Positions 24,478 through 36,699 of a stretch of DNA of 64,000 bases are shown here, one piece after another; position 1 is the first letter of the stretch, and each line of letters opens with the position of its first letter. The translations under genes and the position numbers were made by a program. This stretch comes from Lophium mytilinum (lineage: Eukaryota): NCBI GenBank assembly GCA_010093605.1, contig MU004189.1:689834-753833 (forward strand), written 5' to 3'. The notes under the pieces are model-generated. The model had not been told where the DNA came from. It searched no databases and saw nothing but the letters and a program-made list of their open reading frames with translations.

Positions 24478-25179
24478 ATGGCACAACTTCCGCCACTGTC
24501 CCGAGATATCGGCATCTTCCCTCCCTACATTGCACAACAGAGCGAAACATTAGTTCTCAAGGGTGGGTCATCTTTGGCGGTCCTTGTAGCATAGGTGACA
24601 TTAGCTAACAACGCCTTAATCAGAACATGTCTTGTCCCTGTCTGGCGACTCGTTTTCCATCAAGACTACCGATGGGCGTGCAATATTCCAGGTCAAGGGG
24701 GAAGTCATGAGTCTGTCCGGTCGGAAGCACCTCATGGACATGAGTGGAAGCCCCATATTCGACATCCGCAAAGAGGCAAGCTCCCACAAAGTTAGATCTG
24801 GCGAGCTGCGTATACTAACCTCTCATAGCACTTGACCTTGCACACGACCTACTACGGCGAAGACCCATCGGGCAACAAAATACTCGAGGTCAAGTCGAAG
24901 TTCGCGCTTCTGGGCAGCACGGCCTACGGCACATTCACGTCCTTGAGCGGCAAGGCCGAGAAGCTAGAAATGAAGGGCGACTGGCTCTCCACCTCTGGCC
25001 AAATCGTCGACACGAGCACAGGCGAAGTCGTTGCCACGATCGACCGCAAGCTGCTCTCGGGCAAGGACATCTTCTTCGGGCAGCAGACGTATGCCCTTAC
25101 GATCGCTAAGGGGGCCGACATGGCGCTGATGGTGGCCATGTGCATTGCCTTGGATGAGAAGAATGAGAAGAAAAAGTAG
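24478..25179 (+). CDS. LURP-one / Tubby C-terminal-like (DUF567) protein, 3 exons
   Basis: ETLVLKEHVLSLSGDSFSIK, MSLSGRK, IRKEHLTLH, KGDW, VATIDRKL, GQQTYALTIAKGADMALMVAMCIALDE. Confidence 0.88.
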
Positions 25180-25676
25180 ATAACTGACTTCGACGGCTGC
25201 TTGAAATGGTGATACCCCGCCCTCCATGGCGAGAACGGATTCTGGGATTGCGAAAGTTTGCTAGTGAACTCGGAACAGGACATTAAATTGAACTCCTTTC
25301 TAAGGTTCCACAAGTCAATGATCCCACGTGATATTATAGAGGTTTTCTGGAAATTGAGTGTCATGCTGACATGGGATATGGGATATGGTCATATCGACGA
25401 GCTGGAGTCATGGAGGCGATTTTGAATAAGAGGGGTATGATCTACGACTAGGACCAGGAACAAGAGAGAGTCTTGACCACACCACGCTTCTCTGAGTTGC
25501 ATTTTGGGATGAAGGGAGTGTAAGACCAATGGCTCTTTTCCGTGGACAACCGGCATAACGACTAAGGAGGCGCTAACTCATTTGTCCCTTAGCTTCAGGA
25601 CTCAATTCACACTTCATCTCCCCAATTGGGCCCACTCTGAGACCTGCAGCATTCCACTACGCATGCATGAGCAAAG

Positions 25677-26367
25677 ATGGCTCCCAAAGACTGGGACTAC
25701 ACGACAGCATGGCAAATCCAGGTCCGACTCATGATCTTCATAACGTAAACACGCGTTCTCTCACTTTCACGATCGCGCTGACCATGTACCTATCAGTGTA
25801 ATCAGCAAACACCCGCAGTTCAGCGGTAAATCGCCCGAAAATGCGCCCATGAAGCTCACCGCCCTCTGGTATAAAGCCAATATAGTCCGCATGGGAATGG
25901 GAGAAATCGACGAGAAGAAACTGAAAGCGGGCGACGAAAAGGAACATGAAAGCCTCGTCAACTTGGCCATTTATACTCAGAAAATCGCTCAGATGGCGCT
26001 TACGGGGCGGGGCCTCCTACACGCTATGAATGAGTCAAAGTGTGGGCAGGAATTGGCACAAGGTGCCCCCGTTCCTGGAGGCCCGGTGCCGGCATCTGCG
26101 TTGCTGTTCGATGTTGGGAATGATGTGAGAAAAGCGGCCGAGAGGCTGAATTTTGGCCCTGAAGGAAGATATGCGGATTGGGGGACTGGTCAATATGAGG
26201 GGAAGACGGGAGAGTGGGCTGGGGCGGAAGATGAATGGGAGGATGATGATGATGACGATGATGAAGACGATGATGGGTTTGAGTTTGTCACAGAGGAGGA
26301 GATGATCAATGAAGCACTTGCAAGACAGCGAGTTGAAGCGGTACGCAAAGGCGGTGCTTCTAGATAG
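25677..26367 (+). CDS. Hypothetical protein with acidic C-terminal tract, 2 exons (25677-25744, 25797-26367)
   Basis: A GT-AG intron with a GCTGAC branch site joins MAPKDWDYTTAWQIQVRLMIFI in frame to the 172-aa ORF. No family recognised. Confidence 0.65.
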
Positions 26368-26790
26368 CAACGAGGCCACGCATGTACTTCGAGGCAGAGG
26401 GTCTTCTAAGACGGACTGGATTTCGAACCTTATACGGCGCTGGCGGCTCTTTGCGTCCTATTTCTACTTTTTGTAAGATACCAGGTAACACAACGAAAGA
26501 ATGGTTCGAGAGAGTTTCCTCAAGAATAGACGACACCCTTTTCGCAATTCACGCATGAGTTTACGAGTCCGATACCCTTCTGTAGCAACATGATTTAAAA
26601 TGGTCACATACTTTAGGCTTGTTGACTCAAGTCAATCCCCGTACCGTCCAAAATACTGAACAAGAGTCATAAACTCTGACCAAAAGATCTGCATGACTCG
26701 CTAAACACCATCCCACCAAAATATTCTGGCTCCTACACCCACAGCTCAAGCCGCATCCTCTCTCACAATTCCACACCGTGACCTTCAAAA

Positions 26791-28130
26791 ATGGACCCAA
26801 CAACCGACCCCGCCTTCTCCGTCGACCTCGACGAAACCGCCCTCACGACCCAAAGCATCCTCCTCGCCGCCGCCCACCACGACATCCCTGCCCTACGCGA
26901 CCTGCTCCGCAACACCTCCGCCAACGTGCAAGACGTCGAAACCGGCTTCACAACTCTACACGCTGCCATTGCCGCGTGCGAACCAGACGAAGAATCAGAG
27001 ACAAAGCCCACAAACGGTGAGACCAACGGTCACGAGCCGAGTGAAGAGCGCAAGAACGAGCTCGACGCGGCTGCGCGCACAGTCAAGTTCCTGTTCCAGA
27101 ACGGAGCTATCTGGAATGATTTGGATAGCAATAATGAGACGCCGGGATGTGTGGCACGACGGTTGGGCCTGAGCGAGATATATGAGATTGTGGTGGATGC
27201 GGGAGTGAGGGCGGAGTTGTTGTTGGCGCGGTTGGATCAGTATCAGATTCTGGGCGATCAAGGAGATTCTGATGATGATGATGAGGAGGAGGATATGGAA
27301 ATGGTTGAGGTCGAGGATGCGACGGAGGGTAACAAAGAGGTGGAATCGGCTGAGGATGTTGTGGAAGTAGAAGCGCAGACGAATGAGGAGGATGTCTCGA
27401 CTACGAATCCGAGCTATCTGGCGTCACAACTCACGTTCACGGAAACACGGATATTGGATGGGTCTGCGAATGGAGTCATGATGGCCTGGGAGACGACGCT
27501 GATGCAGCGCTCGGCGGAGCTTCTGCTGCCTTCGAGCGGGCTCCGCGTCCTGAACATTGGGCACGGCATGGGCATCATTGACGGCATTTTCCAATCGCTA
27601 AATCCGTCCGCTCATCACATCGTCGAAGCACATCCTGATGTGCTCAGACGAATGAAGGAAGAAGGGTGGTTTGAAAAGCCAGGTGTGGTCGTTCACGAGG
27701 GGCGATGGCAGGATGTAGTGCCAGGACTCGTGGAGAAAGGGGAGACGTTCGACGCTATCTACTTCGACACGTTTGCTGAGGAGTACACGGCACTTAAAGA
27801 ATTCTTCACGGAGCATGTCATTGGGCTGTTGGCTCCCAAAGAAGGTAGTGGAGAAGGTGGGAGGTTTGGATTCTTCAATGGGATGGGTGCGGATCGGCAA
27901 GTGTGCTATGATGTATATCATAAGGTAAGACTGCATGCACTTTTCCGTGAAAAGTCCGAACTAAACCTTATCAGATTGTTGAGATGGAACTCTTCGAAGC
28001 TGGGTTTGATGTCGAGTGGGAGGAAATCGCTGTCCCCGACCTGCAGGAGTCCGGCGAGTGGGAGGGTGTGAAAAGAAGCTATTGGGCACTCGACAAATAC
28101 AGGCTACCGACTTGTACTTTTATTGGTTGA
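26791..28130 (+). CDS. RMT2: Protein arginine N-methyltransferase 2 (type IV), 2 exons (26791-27924, 27975-28130)
   Basis: N-terminal ankyrin-like region, GAIWNDLD..NETPGC, GVRAELL, NGVMMAWE, VLNIGHGMGIID, EAHPDV, FDAIYFDTF, FFNGMGADRQVCYDVY and C-terminal YRLPTC. Confidence 0.95.
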
Positions 28131-28207
28131 ACGAACCAAGGCAACTACAAAGTGCACCAAAAACACCAACGCTTAAACGAAGCAAGAAATCAAGCTCGCC
28201 GGGCTCC

Positions 28208-29476
28208 TCAAATCAATGGGGGAAAGGCGTGATATCGACTCTTTTGCGGGTCTAGAACCTGCCTCGCTTGCAATGCTCCGGATATAGGAAGTCTTTGCAG
28301 ACCTTCCTCCTTCATGTCCTTGGGTACATTCTCTGGATCGAGAAGTCCGATTTGAAGCAGCACGGAGGCTTGGTCCCAGTACACATGCTCTTGTGTCAGC
28401 TTGCCGCCCCGTACTCCGACAATGCTGACTATTGGTATTTCGACTTTCTTGTTCGTTGGCGGTACGTTTGGTAGAAGCCAATCAATTTCGGCAGTGTGGG
28501 TAAAAGACACGACCATTTCGTCGACTACGCGATCTACACCAATTGTACGGGAGACCAGGCGGATCTTAGAATCTGGGGCTATGGATGGGTCGAAGTAATC
28601 CCGATAGAAGACTTCGAGGTCTTGCGCGCCGATGCCCCCAGTGAGAGTAGGGCCATAGGTGACGTGTGGGTCCTCCGGAACCATTATGTCTACCATCTCG
28701 GACCCATATTCATCATCGTATAATTCGGTAGTGAATTTCACTGAGCATGGTCATCAGCCTCATCGTTCTCAGCACTTGGTGCAGATGCATCTCACATTGT
28801 AGACTCTTATCCCAGGTCTCCTCAACTTGAGGTCTTGAGTCCAGCCTAAAACCCCTCTGCACGCATCCCAGTGTCCTTCCCCATGCTAAGCCTGCTTCCA
28901 CTCCCTCAAACTCAGGTTTCGCATACTCTGCGAAACCCGGCGTTGTTCCTGCGTATCTATAGGACTTGAATTCCGTCTGTGGCACGACCTGTCTTCCAGC
29001 GAGATGCACCACGAGCTCTAGCTGCGAGGGATAGGTCGCTCGCGGGTTTGGGATCACAGACGGGTAGTAAGCGACCAGCGCGCAAAGTCTCGGCATCGGT
29101 TTGGTTGCAATCCGCAGAACTACAGAAGCAGCTGTACCGTAGGCGATGAGGGCGTAATGGACGCCGAGGGGCAGCTCGTTATGGAGGGCCTTGAGCCGCG
29201 CAATATAGGTATTGGGGTCGGCGGTAGGTTTGTAGGGGAGGTACTTCGTTGTGAAGCCTTAATGCATATATCAGTGAGCAGGTTTGGAGCCAAAGTCAAT
29301 TGGATAAAATAGTTCTAGTTACTCTAAACCAACGCACCTTCTTCCTTCCAATACCTCAGAGTCGTTTCATCGAACTCTTCCTCGTCGCCGGTTATCCAGA
29401 CCAGCGGGGGTTTGGCATTGAAGCTCAGGAAGCCTGTAGTCCCATTTGGAGTCGCATTGCCATTGCTGAGAGGCAT
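28208..29476 (-). CDS. Dienelactone-hydrolase-like / SnoaL (NTF2-like) two-domain fungal protein, 3 exons (29476-29338, 29257-28796, 28740-28208)
   Basis: WKEEGF, YALIAYGTAA, ALVAYYP, GFAE, AWGRTL, then SnoaL-like PTLTGGIG, LVSRTIGVDRVVDEM, WLLPNVPPT and EHVYWDQASVLLQIGLLDP. Confidence 0.88.
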
Positions 29477-30396
29477 TGCGTCCTAACTTCGTTCCGGTGC
29501 TTCGTTTTGACGTGGGAGTATTGGTGGCGTAGATGAGTTCAAGAACGGCTGAAGCCAAGCCGGTAGAAGAATATCTTGTCTAGTCTAGCTACAAAAACTA
29601 AGACCAGGAAGAGGAGAAGGATTTCCATGAAGCGTTCTGAGGACCGCAAGCACGCTATGTTCTAAATGTGAACTCAAGAGTTGGAAGAGTAGAGTTGAGC
29701 TTGGTAGACAGCGGGGTGAGCTGCAGTTTGGAGCGGGGATTGACACATATATGCAAAGGGGAGGGGATTGCGCAAGCTTGTGAGCTTGCCAGCTTTTGCA
29801 AGGTTACATGCTGTTAGATCTTCGCCGAGAGCCGCGGGTGGGGAATAATGATGTCGGAGACGAAACGTGAAGTGCTGTCGATCACGTGGACTAAAACTAC
29901 GTCATTGTCCATCTGAAACACATGAATCCATCCGCCTTAGCGAGCTCATGAGCGATAAATAGTGATATACAAAGGTATGAACTCTGGAAAGCATAGAGTC
30001 TCAGGGGATCCGCCCAATCTTAGCTCTACAAATATTAGATCACGTGATGTATACTATCGCATCCGTCTTTTCCTGTCTCAGAGATTTGCTCAACCTAACC
30101 TCGCTATTGTTCGTAAAAGTTCATCACCTCCTTATCTAGAAAAGGTTGGCTCAGCGAGGTATCTTCAAAATGATTAACAGCGATTACCGTGGTATTAGTT
30201 CTAATTCAGCCGAGCCTTCTCAGCCTCGAATGTGGCACAAGGCTCAAACTCAACCTTTCCACCTAAGCGTAAGACTTAGGTACACGGGAAATCCGTTCAT
30301 AGAAGATTCATCAACTCCGTGGTTTTTATCATCACTCTCTGTCTGAGTTATTCTAAAGTATATTGCAATAAGTCACTTCAGACTCCCTCAAGTACG

Positions 30397-31041
30397 ATGA
30401 GTATGGTCCTGGAGGATGTGTGGGTATGTCAAAGTTGCGGAGACACAAACACTCTCGTACTAGCCCCCAAAAGATGCCCCACATGCAGAGAAATCCGCTT
30501 TTCGGGTAGCAAATTGGAGCAAGATGGGACGGTTCGTCCTTTGAGTCAACCAGAAACGAACCGTCGCTCAGACCTTGATGCCGTCTGGCCTGGACAATAT
30601 CTGGCATTACAGAAACTCCCATTCGAGTCCGTGCGAGCTCTAGGTCATGGAGGGTTTGCCCAAGTCGATGCCTTCAAAATGACAGACGGGCCGATGAGAG
30701 GCAAGATTCTCGCAAGAAAAGTCATTCGAGCGACCGGGCCACAAAGCCAGCAAGGTAAACAGAGCGTTCGTAATGAGATCGATTTAATGAAGAAACTCCG
30801 ACACACGCACATCGTATCATTTACCTTCACCTACGAGCAGTCGTTATCTAGGGGAAAGGGTCTAATCTTCGGCATCGTCATAGGTACTGTAGCTGACATT
30901 GACTTGGCCGAGTACCTCGACGATATGGAGGACTCGATTAAGAACGGCGGAGATCCTGCGTGGCTGTTGGAAACCCAGACGGCGTCAACCTACGGTACAA
31001 TGTACACACCTCAGGCCAAGTATAGGCGTTTGGGTCATTGA
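30397..31041 (+). pseudogene. Truncated Ser/Thr protein kinase fragment (zinc ribbon plus N-lobe only)
   Basis: WVCQSC...CPTC, Gly loop LGHGGFAQV, ARK, NEIDLMKKLRHTHIV and VADIDLAEYL, then a stop with no HxDxK or DFG motif seen downstream. Confidence 0.65.
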
Positions 31042-31443
31042 AAGCCATTGTCTCACAGCCTCAGCTGGGATACCAAATCCGGCATCGCGTGAAAGCCTGC
31101 GCCACACATCCGTCACTGCGGCCGTGATTGGCGGGCCTGAGTCATCTGCGCTGTCCCGACGGCCTCCTCCCTGCAACCTGTGCCTGATGCTGTGACAAGC
31201 TCCACCTCCGACTCACACCCACGACACGCTTAGCTGGAACATATTAACTCGGGTCCTCAGGCAACTACTCTTCTTCTTTACTTCCGCTGACACCCTCACC
31301 CACCCTTCGCAACCCTGCTGTTAAGCTCGAAGCTCTCCCGTTCACCCCACCTTTATCCGCGGCCTTGTCGTGCGGCTCCGACTCCTGAACCTCCAACCAC
31401 CGGGTTTGAAGAGCACGAAGCACAAAAGGGAGGATAGGCAGTT

Positions 31444-32052
31444 ATGTCGTCTTCGATAAACATCCCTAGGCGGCGGAAACAGTCGGCGTCTGCGTTGGCG
31501 ATGGACCCGGCGTCGGCGTCCTCTGGCCTTGCGAGCTCGTCGAGCTCGAGCTATGGCGGCTTCACGGGGAAGGGGAAGAGCCCGGCTGCCAGCTCTGCAG
31601 CGCCAGAGCCGAGCAGCTTTGGTGGGAGGGAGAGGAGGGTCAGCCTTTTGGGTATGCTCGTTCCGACATCCCTGAGGTTCTTTGTGAAGGGAGGATAGAG
31701 GGGTCGAGATAAGGGATTAGACGACACGAATAGTGAATATGTGCTAATTGATTGGTGGTTAGGCTCCTCGCTCTCTAAAACCGAGCATATTGTCGTCAAT
31801 GTCGGGAGCCCGGAGCAAGTGCGGCTGGTACGTTGTCCACCTGCTACGAACACCAAGGCAGAGGCATAGAGCTAATTGGAGGAATCACAGATCACTTGCG
31901 TCAAGTCCTCCCAAGGCTTCGAATGGAGCTCAGACATTTTCCTTCCATCATACGCCAATGACCGTGACTCCCGCGACCTCGAGCGTAGGCAAGACCCCGT
32001 CGAGGACATCATTGTTACGGATGAGGAGATTGCGGAGATGTTCCCGCAGTAG
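31444..32052 (+). CDS. Small conserved fungal hypothetical protein, 3 exons (31444-31651, 31763-31827, 31891-32052)
   Basis: Canonical introns with GCTAAT branch sites give RERRVSLLGSSLSKTEHIVVNVG...ITCVKSSQGFEWSSDIFLPSY...DPVEDIIVTDEEIAEMFPQ. Confidence 0.8.
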
Positions 32053-32933
32053 ACGGGCAGTATGGACGCCAGATCTTTCACACATAATTCACGAACGGGA
32101 TAACTAGGCTGGCGAATAGATGCGGGCATATGCGGTCCTCTGGATCGCCTCGGGAGCACGGCACGGCAAGGCTATAGAATGGCTCTTTCTCCTCTCCTCT
32201 CCTCTCATACTCTACGGATAGCTCTGGGGATTTGCTTTTGGTCCAAGGCACGGTTTGATTTTGGTACATATAGGCTGGCATTTGGGCGGGTTCATGATCT
32301 TATGGGCGCGCGGGTAGGTAATGAGCTTAGGTACGGTGTTAGGGGTCCTTTCCTATCCTCATTTTCTCACGTACTGTGTGGGTTTGGGGCTAATAGGTAT
32401 TTCCTTTCTGATTCTTTGCGGTACGTAGTCTGGATTGGTTTGGGTGTTTATATCTCCACTTAGCTAATGCTACGTACATTCATCAATTCACGAATTAATA
32501 TCATAGCGGGGCTGCTTTGAAAGATGTGAAAGATCAGATAACAATCCATGGAAGAGATTTGCTATGATATGGTCTACGCATACTTCAGATGAAGGCTTTC
32601 ATCTTGCTAGCTTACCAGTGTAACATTCAGATGTCCAGAGCTTGTTCCGAGTGAATGTCTCTGCCCCACTATTCTACCCCGCACGTGCTCACCCGACGCC
32701 AAGATACACATCCCTGCGGCGATCTCTCCCTCGGCCCGTTCAACATCAACACCACCCAAAACAACGCCTTATCCAACAATCCATGCGCAACTGGCCTCCC
32801 CAACAAAAATCCCAGAACACTCCCCACTTCTACATACGTCAAAATCATACCACACGCGGCGACTACGCCATAAAACGACCTCTCCCAGAGAGAAGGAAAA
32901 CGCCCCGCCCCCAGACAAAATAAAACCCATACA

Positions 32934-33590
32934 ATGGCCACCACAACCTCCACAGCCCACCACCGTCGCATCGAGCTCCAATCCCCCCTCGACCTCTCCC
33001 ACCTCCAAACCGCCATCTCTTCCGCCGCCGCCGCCAAAATCGACCTCCACCTGCCCCCCTCGGCCGCGCCTCTCGGCGAAGACGCACTGCGCGCCAACGT
33101 CGAGGCGCGCGTCGCACAGTTCGTCGACGACACGTGGCGCCTCTGCCGACCGAATCTTAGCGTCAACGGTGTGGATCTCGAGAGCGTGGGCGCGGCGGCG
33201 GAAGGGGGAGCCGGGCAAGGGCAGCCGGAGGTGCTGGAGGTGTATGAGGACTATGATGGGGTGCTGAGGGAGCGGTTGGATGGGTTGTTTGCGAGAAGGA
33301 ATGCGCTGGTGGCGCGGGTGGCGGAGATGAGGAGGGTGGCGCCCGGGAGGGCGGCGGAGAGGTTTCGGGGGGAGTTTTTGAGGGGGGGGGAGGGGGTGGA
33401 GGAAGGCGAGCAGCGGGTGGGGGAGAAGGAGGGGGAGGTGGATTTAGGGGCGTTGGAGAGGTGGGAGGAGGTGGCGGGGTTGTGGGAGAGGGCGGTGGAG
33501 GGTTTGGGGGAGTTGAAGGGGGGGTTGCCGGAGCAGAGGGCGCGGTTGGAGAGGGCGGGGGGTGTGGTGGGGTATTTGGAGGGGAAGTAG
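32934..33590 (+). CDS. MIS14: Kinetochore Mis12-complex subunit Mis14/Nsl1
   Basis: HHRRIELQSPLDLSHL, KIDLHLPPSAAP, NLSVNG, YEDYD..LR, RRVAPGRAA and LPEQRARLERAGGVV. Confidence 0.85.
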   Translation: MATTTSTAHHRRIELQSPLDLSHLQTAISSAAAAKIDLHLPPSAAPLGEDALRANVEARVAQFVDDTWRLCRPNLSVNGVDLESVGAAAEGGAGQGQPEVLEVYEDYDGVLRERLDGLFARRNALVARVAEMRRVAPGRAAERFRGEFLRGGEGVEEGEQRVGEKEGEVDLGALERWEEVAGLWERAVEGLGELKGGLPEQRARLERAGGVVGYLEGK

Positions 33591-34378
33591 GGGGTTATTG
33601 GGGTGGGGTTGTGGGTTTTTGGGCGTCTTGGGGGGTGGGTGTCTAGGATACCCGTTGGTCTGGTGTTTGGGAATGCGTACGGAGTATATCTGATACTTGT
33701 ACACTGTACTCTTCGAGTCCTGTACGATACGAAATTGCTTTATTCTCCAATATTACTTATCAAGACACATCAAGTCAGTATGCTGAGCAACATTTGTACG
33801 CTTTTATACATGCAGTACGTTCAACAATCCGTATTGCGAACCGGAGGTATGCTTAGCAAGATCCGAGGGAACAGCTTTGTCGACGCGAAGGTAGACTATC
33901 TCTAACCAAGTGGCCTAGGAATATTGCATCATGGAGCCGTATTCCACAAGTTACATGATTCAATACATCCAATCCCGTCATGTTTGTCACGCCGAGCCAC
34001 CATCTCTGTCTCAGCGCTGCCAATCCTACCGAAAGCTGTTCCCGTTGTAGCTAATATAGCTGTTGTTGTCCTTGGCGCGTCTCCTCGACAGGTCTCGCAG
34101 CTATCGCCTCGTATATTCGACGTAGCCTTGACTTGGATCGCAGTACTATGACTCGCTCTGCGCCTAATGCTTCCGTCGTTCGAGTTCGACGAGCTATATT
34201 TTCTTGAGTTTATCCCATGGCCGGCTAAGAAGCTGGCTTGTGATACCCCGTAGATAGCGGTGAGCTTTTTACAGCCTCGGACTGGTAGACCCAGCTCGCG
34301 ATAGGTATCCGTGATTGACGATGGGACCAACTGACCTTCTCGTGTACATGTTGTACATGTCGAGGTTACGATGCTGGC

Positions 34379-36263
34379 CTAGAGCGATCCGGTAGATTGG
34401 GCTGGCGAACCCTGAATAGGCGTAGCAGAAAGAAGGCCTGCCGAAGCTTCTTTTTCGAGACCAAGCTTCATGTCAAGCCAAGAGTAGAAGTTTGGCGATC
34501 GACAGAAGCTCTCGTATAGGTTGTCGCGTGCTTTGTGTCGCTGCATTGGACTTTGTCCTCTGAACTTCATAGAGCTGCCATGCTTGGAGAGACTGTAGAG
34601 AAAGTCGGCTTCAGAAAAGTTGGCATAACGGTAGTCTCCTCCTGGAGAGGTGAAGTTGGTGGACGCGCTGGTGGCGAGATACCTGTTGACAGGGGCGAGA
34701 TATTGAGCTGTTAACTCGGCATAGTGTCGGCGGATCAGTGATGAGAGCTCATGGTTTGCCGGATTGCTTCTTAACAGCGTATCAACGGTCTGAACGAAGG
34801 CGCGGTCGCTTTTGACGAATCTTTTAGATACCGTCTGAGAATCTATGCCCCCCGGCATATCAAAGCTTTGGTTGCGGTGGTGCATGGAACGATGCCTCTT
34901 TATTGGAACTGGGTCCTCGGAGGCGTGGAGATATAGTACGTGTGGCTTACTGCGATTACTGGTCTCCGAGGCACCCAATATACGTTTCAAAAGGAAAGGA
35001 TTCGTGATACCAATAATGAAAGGTCGAGGTGTACCTCCGTCGATACCGATGGATTGGAACTCGGATTGCATGATCATATATGGCTTGATCTCTCCGGCGT
35101 ATGGTATTGGTCGAATTAGATCGACAAGAGCACTTACGCCTTCACTGCAAAGCTGTGGGCTCTTGGCAAGCACGATGATGCTTTCGCAGAGGAGCAATTT
35201 CTCATACACGACATCGAGATCGGACAAACATGGCATGAATTGCATGACATTTTCCCAGGTCCCCAGTGGTTCGTAGGCATATATTGAAGGTGCCCTTCCG
35301 GTGGCTGATATGGTAGGCCTCGTCGATACGAGTCCCTGAAGAGGGAATGCCGGATGCGGAGTTCTAGCCTAACATTAGAAGGCATCTTTCGAGGCAAAGC
35401 AGGAAACTTACATTTCAAGCGTCAACATGGAGCCCATGAATGGGAGTTCATGTTTGCCCAGTGAAGGGGGCGCCCATGTGAGCATCTGATTGTGTGCAGT
35501 CTCGAGAGCGGTCGGGTCACTGATGACGCCCGACGATGTCATCTGCTTGAGAAGGTGGATGAAGAATGCTGGAAATTCATGAGTCGTCACTAAGACAAGT
35601 GTTCGTTGATTGAAGCTCCGCTTCATAGAATGGTCAAATTCCTGGCGGAAAACGCAATTCCCGTAGAAATCGGTGGCACTGCCATGTGGCGAGCAGGGCG
35701 AATCTAGGGCCACATCAGGCGAGTTATTGGGGATGGTGAAATGAAAGGTAAGATCCGCTGCAGTCTCAGTATCCTGGCGCTCGGGAAAGCTGCCACTACA
35801 GTCAGTATGCCGCCCCATGATTCAGAGCGGGATCTACATGCCTATTGAAGCAGATGGCAGAGAGATCGCTAGTAGAGAATTGCGTATTAGGTGGATATAC
35901 TATTTCGATCTCTGGGCCTGTGGCGTGTTAGAAGCTAAAGAGGAACGTGTAGAGAAGGTAGAAAGGCAAGGCTATCAACAGATTTGAAGACTGTATGCAT
36001 TTCATGAAATGGATACGGTCTTTCACTGAAAGAATAGGTTGCTCTGACGAATTGGAACAAGACTAGAGGGAATATTCTTACCAACGTCCACATTGAAGTT
36101 ACAGACGATACTTCACCCTTGTTAGCGAACAGCCTGGTGTAGATCAGGGTCTTGGCTCTCACAATGCTACAGCCCATTGCCGGAAGTTGTTTTGCGTTGG
36201 AGTTGGAGTGACTTGTCGGGATCGCCTGTGGTGTTGCAATAATTTGTTCTTGAGCTTCTCCAT
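34379..36263 (-). CDS. DENND6/FAM116-like DENN-domain protein (putative Rab GEF), 5 exons (36263-36163, 36110-36082, 35917-35842, 35789-35412, 35363-34379)
   Basis: Spliced product reads FRQWAVAFIVCNFNVDVGPEIEIVYPP...AICFNSFPE, then FYGNCVFRQEFDHSMKRSFNQRTLV, IIGITNPF and FCRSPNFYSWL. Confidence 0.85.
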
Positions 36264-36699
36264 AGCGATCTCAGCTCCACTTCAGGAGGGGGGTCGCGGG
36301 GCGGACTGGTGGTGAGAGTGTCACTGTGGAAGAGGGCTTCCGAGAGAGCCGACCATTCCGCTGAGTATGGTGAATAACTTGAAGGGCCTTCCGGCGTATT
36401 TGTGAGTATGGTAGCAGGTTCGGCGTCCTCAAGGCAGCGTTGAATCTCGTCGTCGTCGGCCTGCATAAAAGAGCTCGGGCCACGTCGATGACGCCGTTGT
36501 CTCGAGGGCTTGCTGAAAGACCCTGGGGACGCGGCTGTACACCACACGCCTCAGCTTCTCACAATTGGCCTCAACCTCGACCACCAATACTTCCTCGACT
36601 TTCTGTGCATGCTGTACCTCTGGCTGTGCTAACAGCCCTCACTCGCGCCGTTCCAACCTCCAACCAGCTATGTAGGGGGTCCAACAACCGCTTGCAGAT

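Noticed and set aside
32655..32873. C-rich short ORF upstream of MIS14 as a secreted peptide gene
   Set aside because: No signal peptide or recognisable domain; may be promoter composition or an unidentifiable relic.
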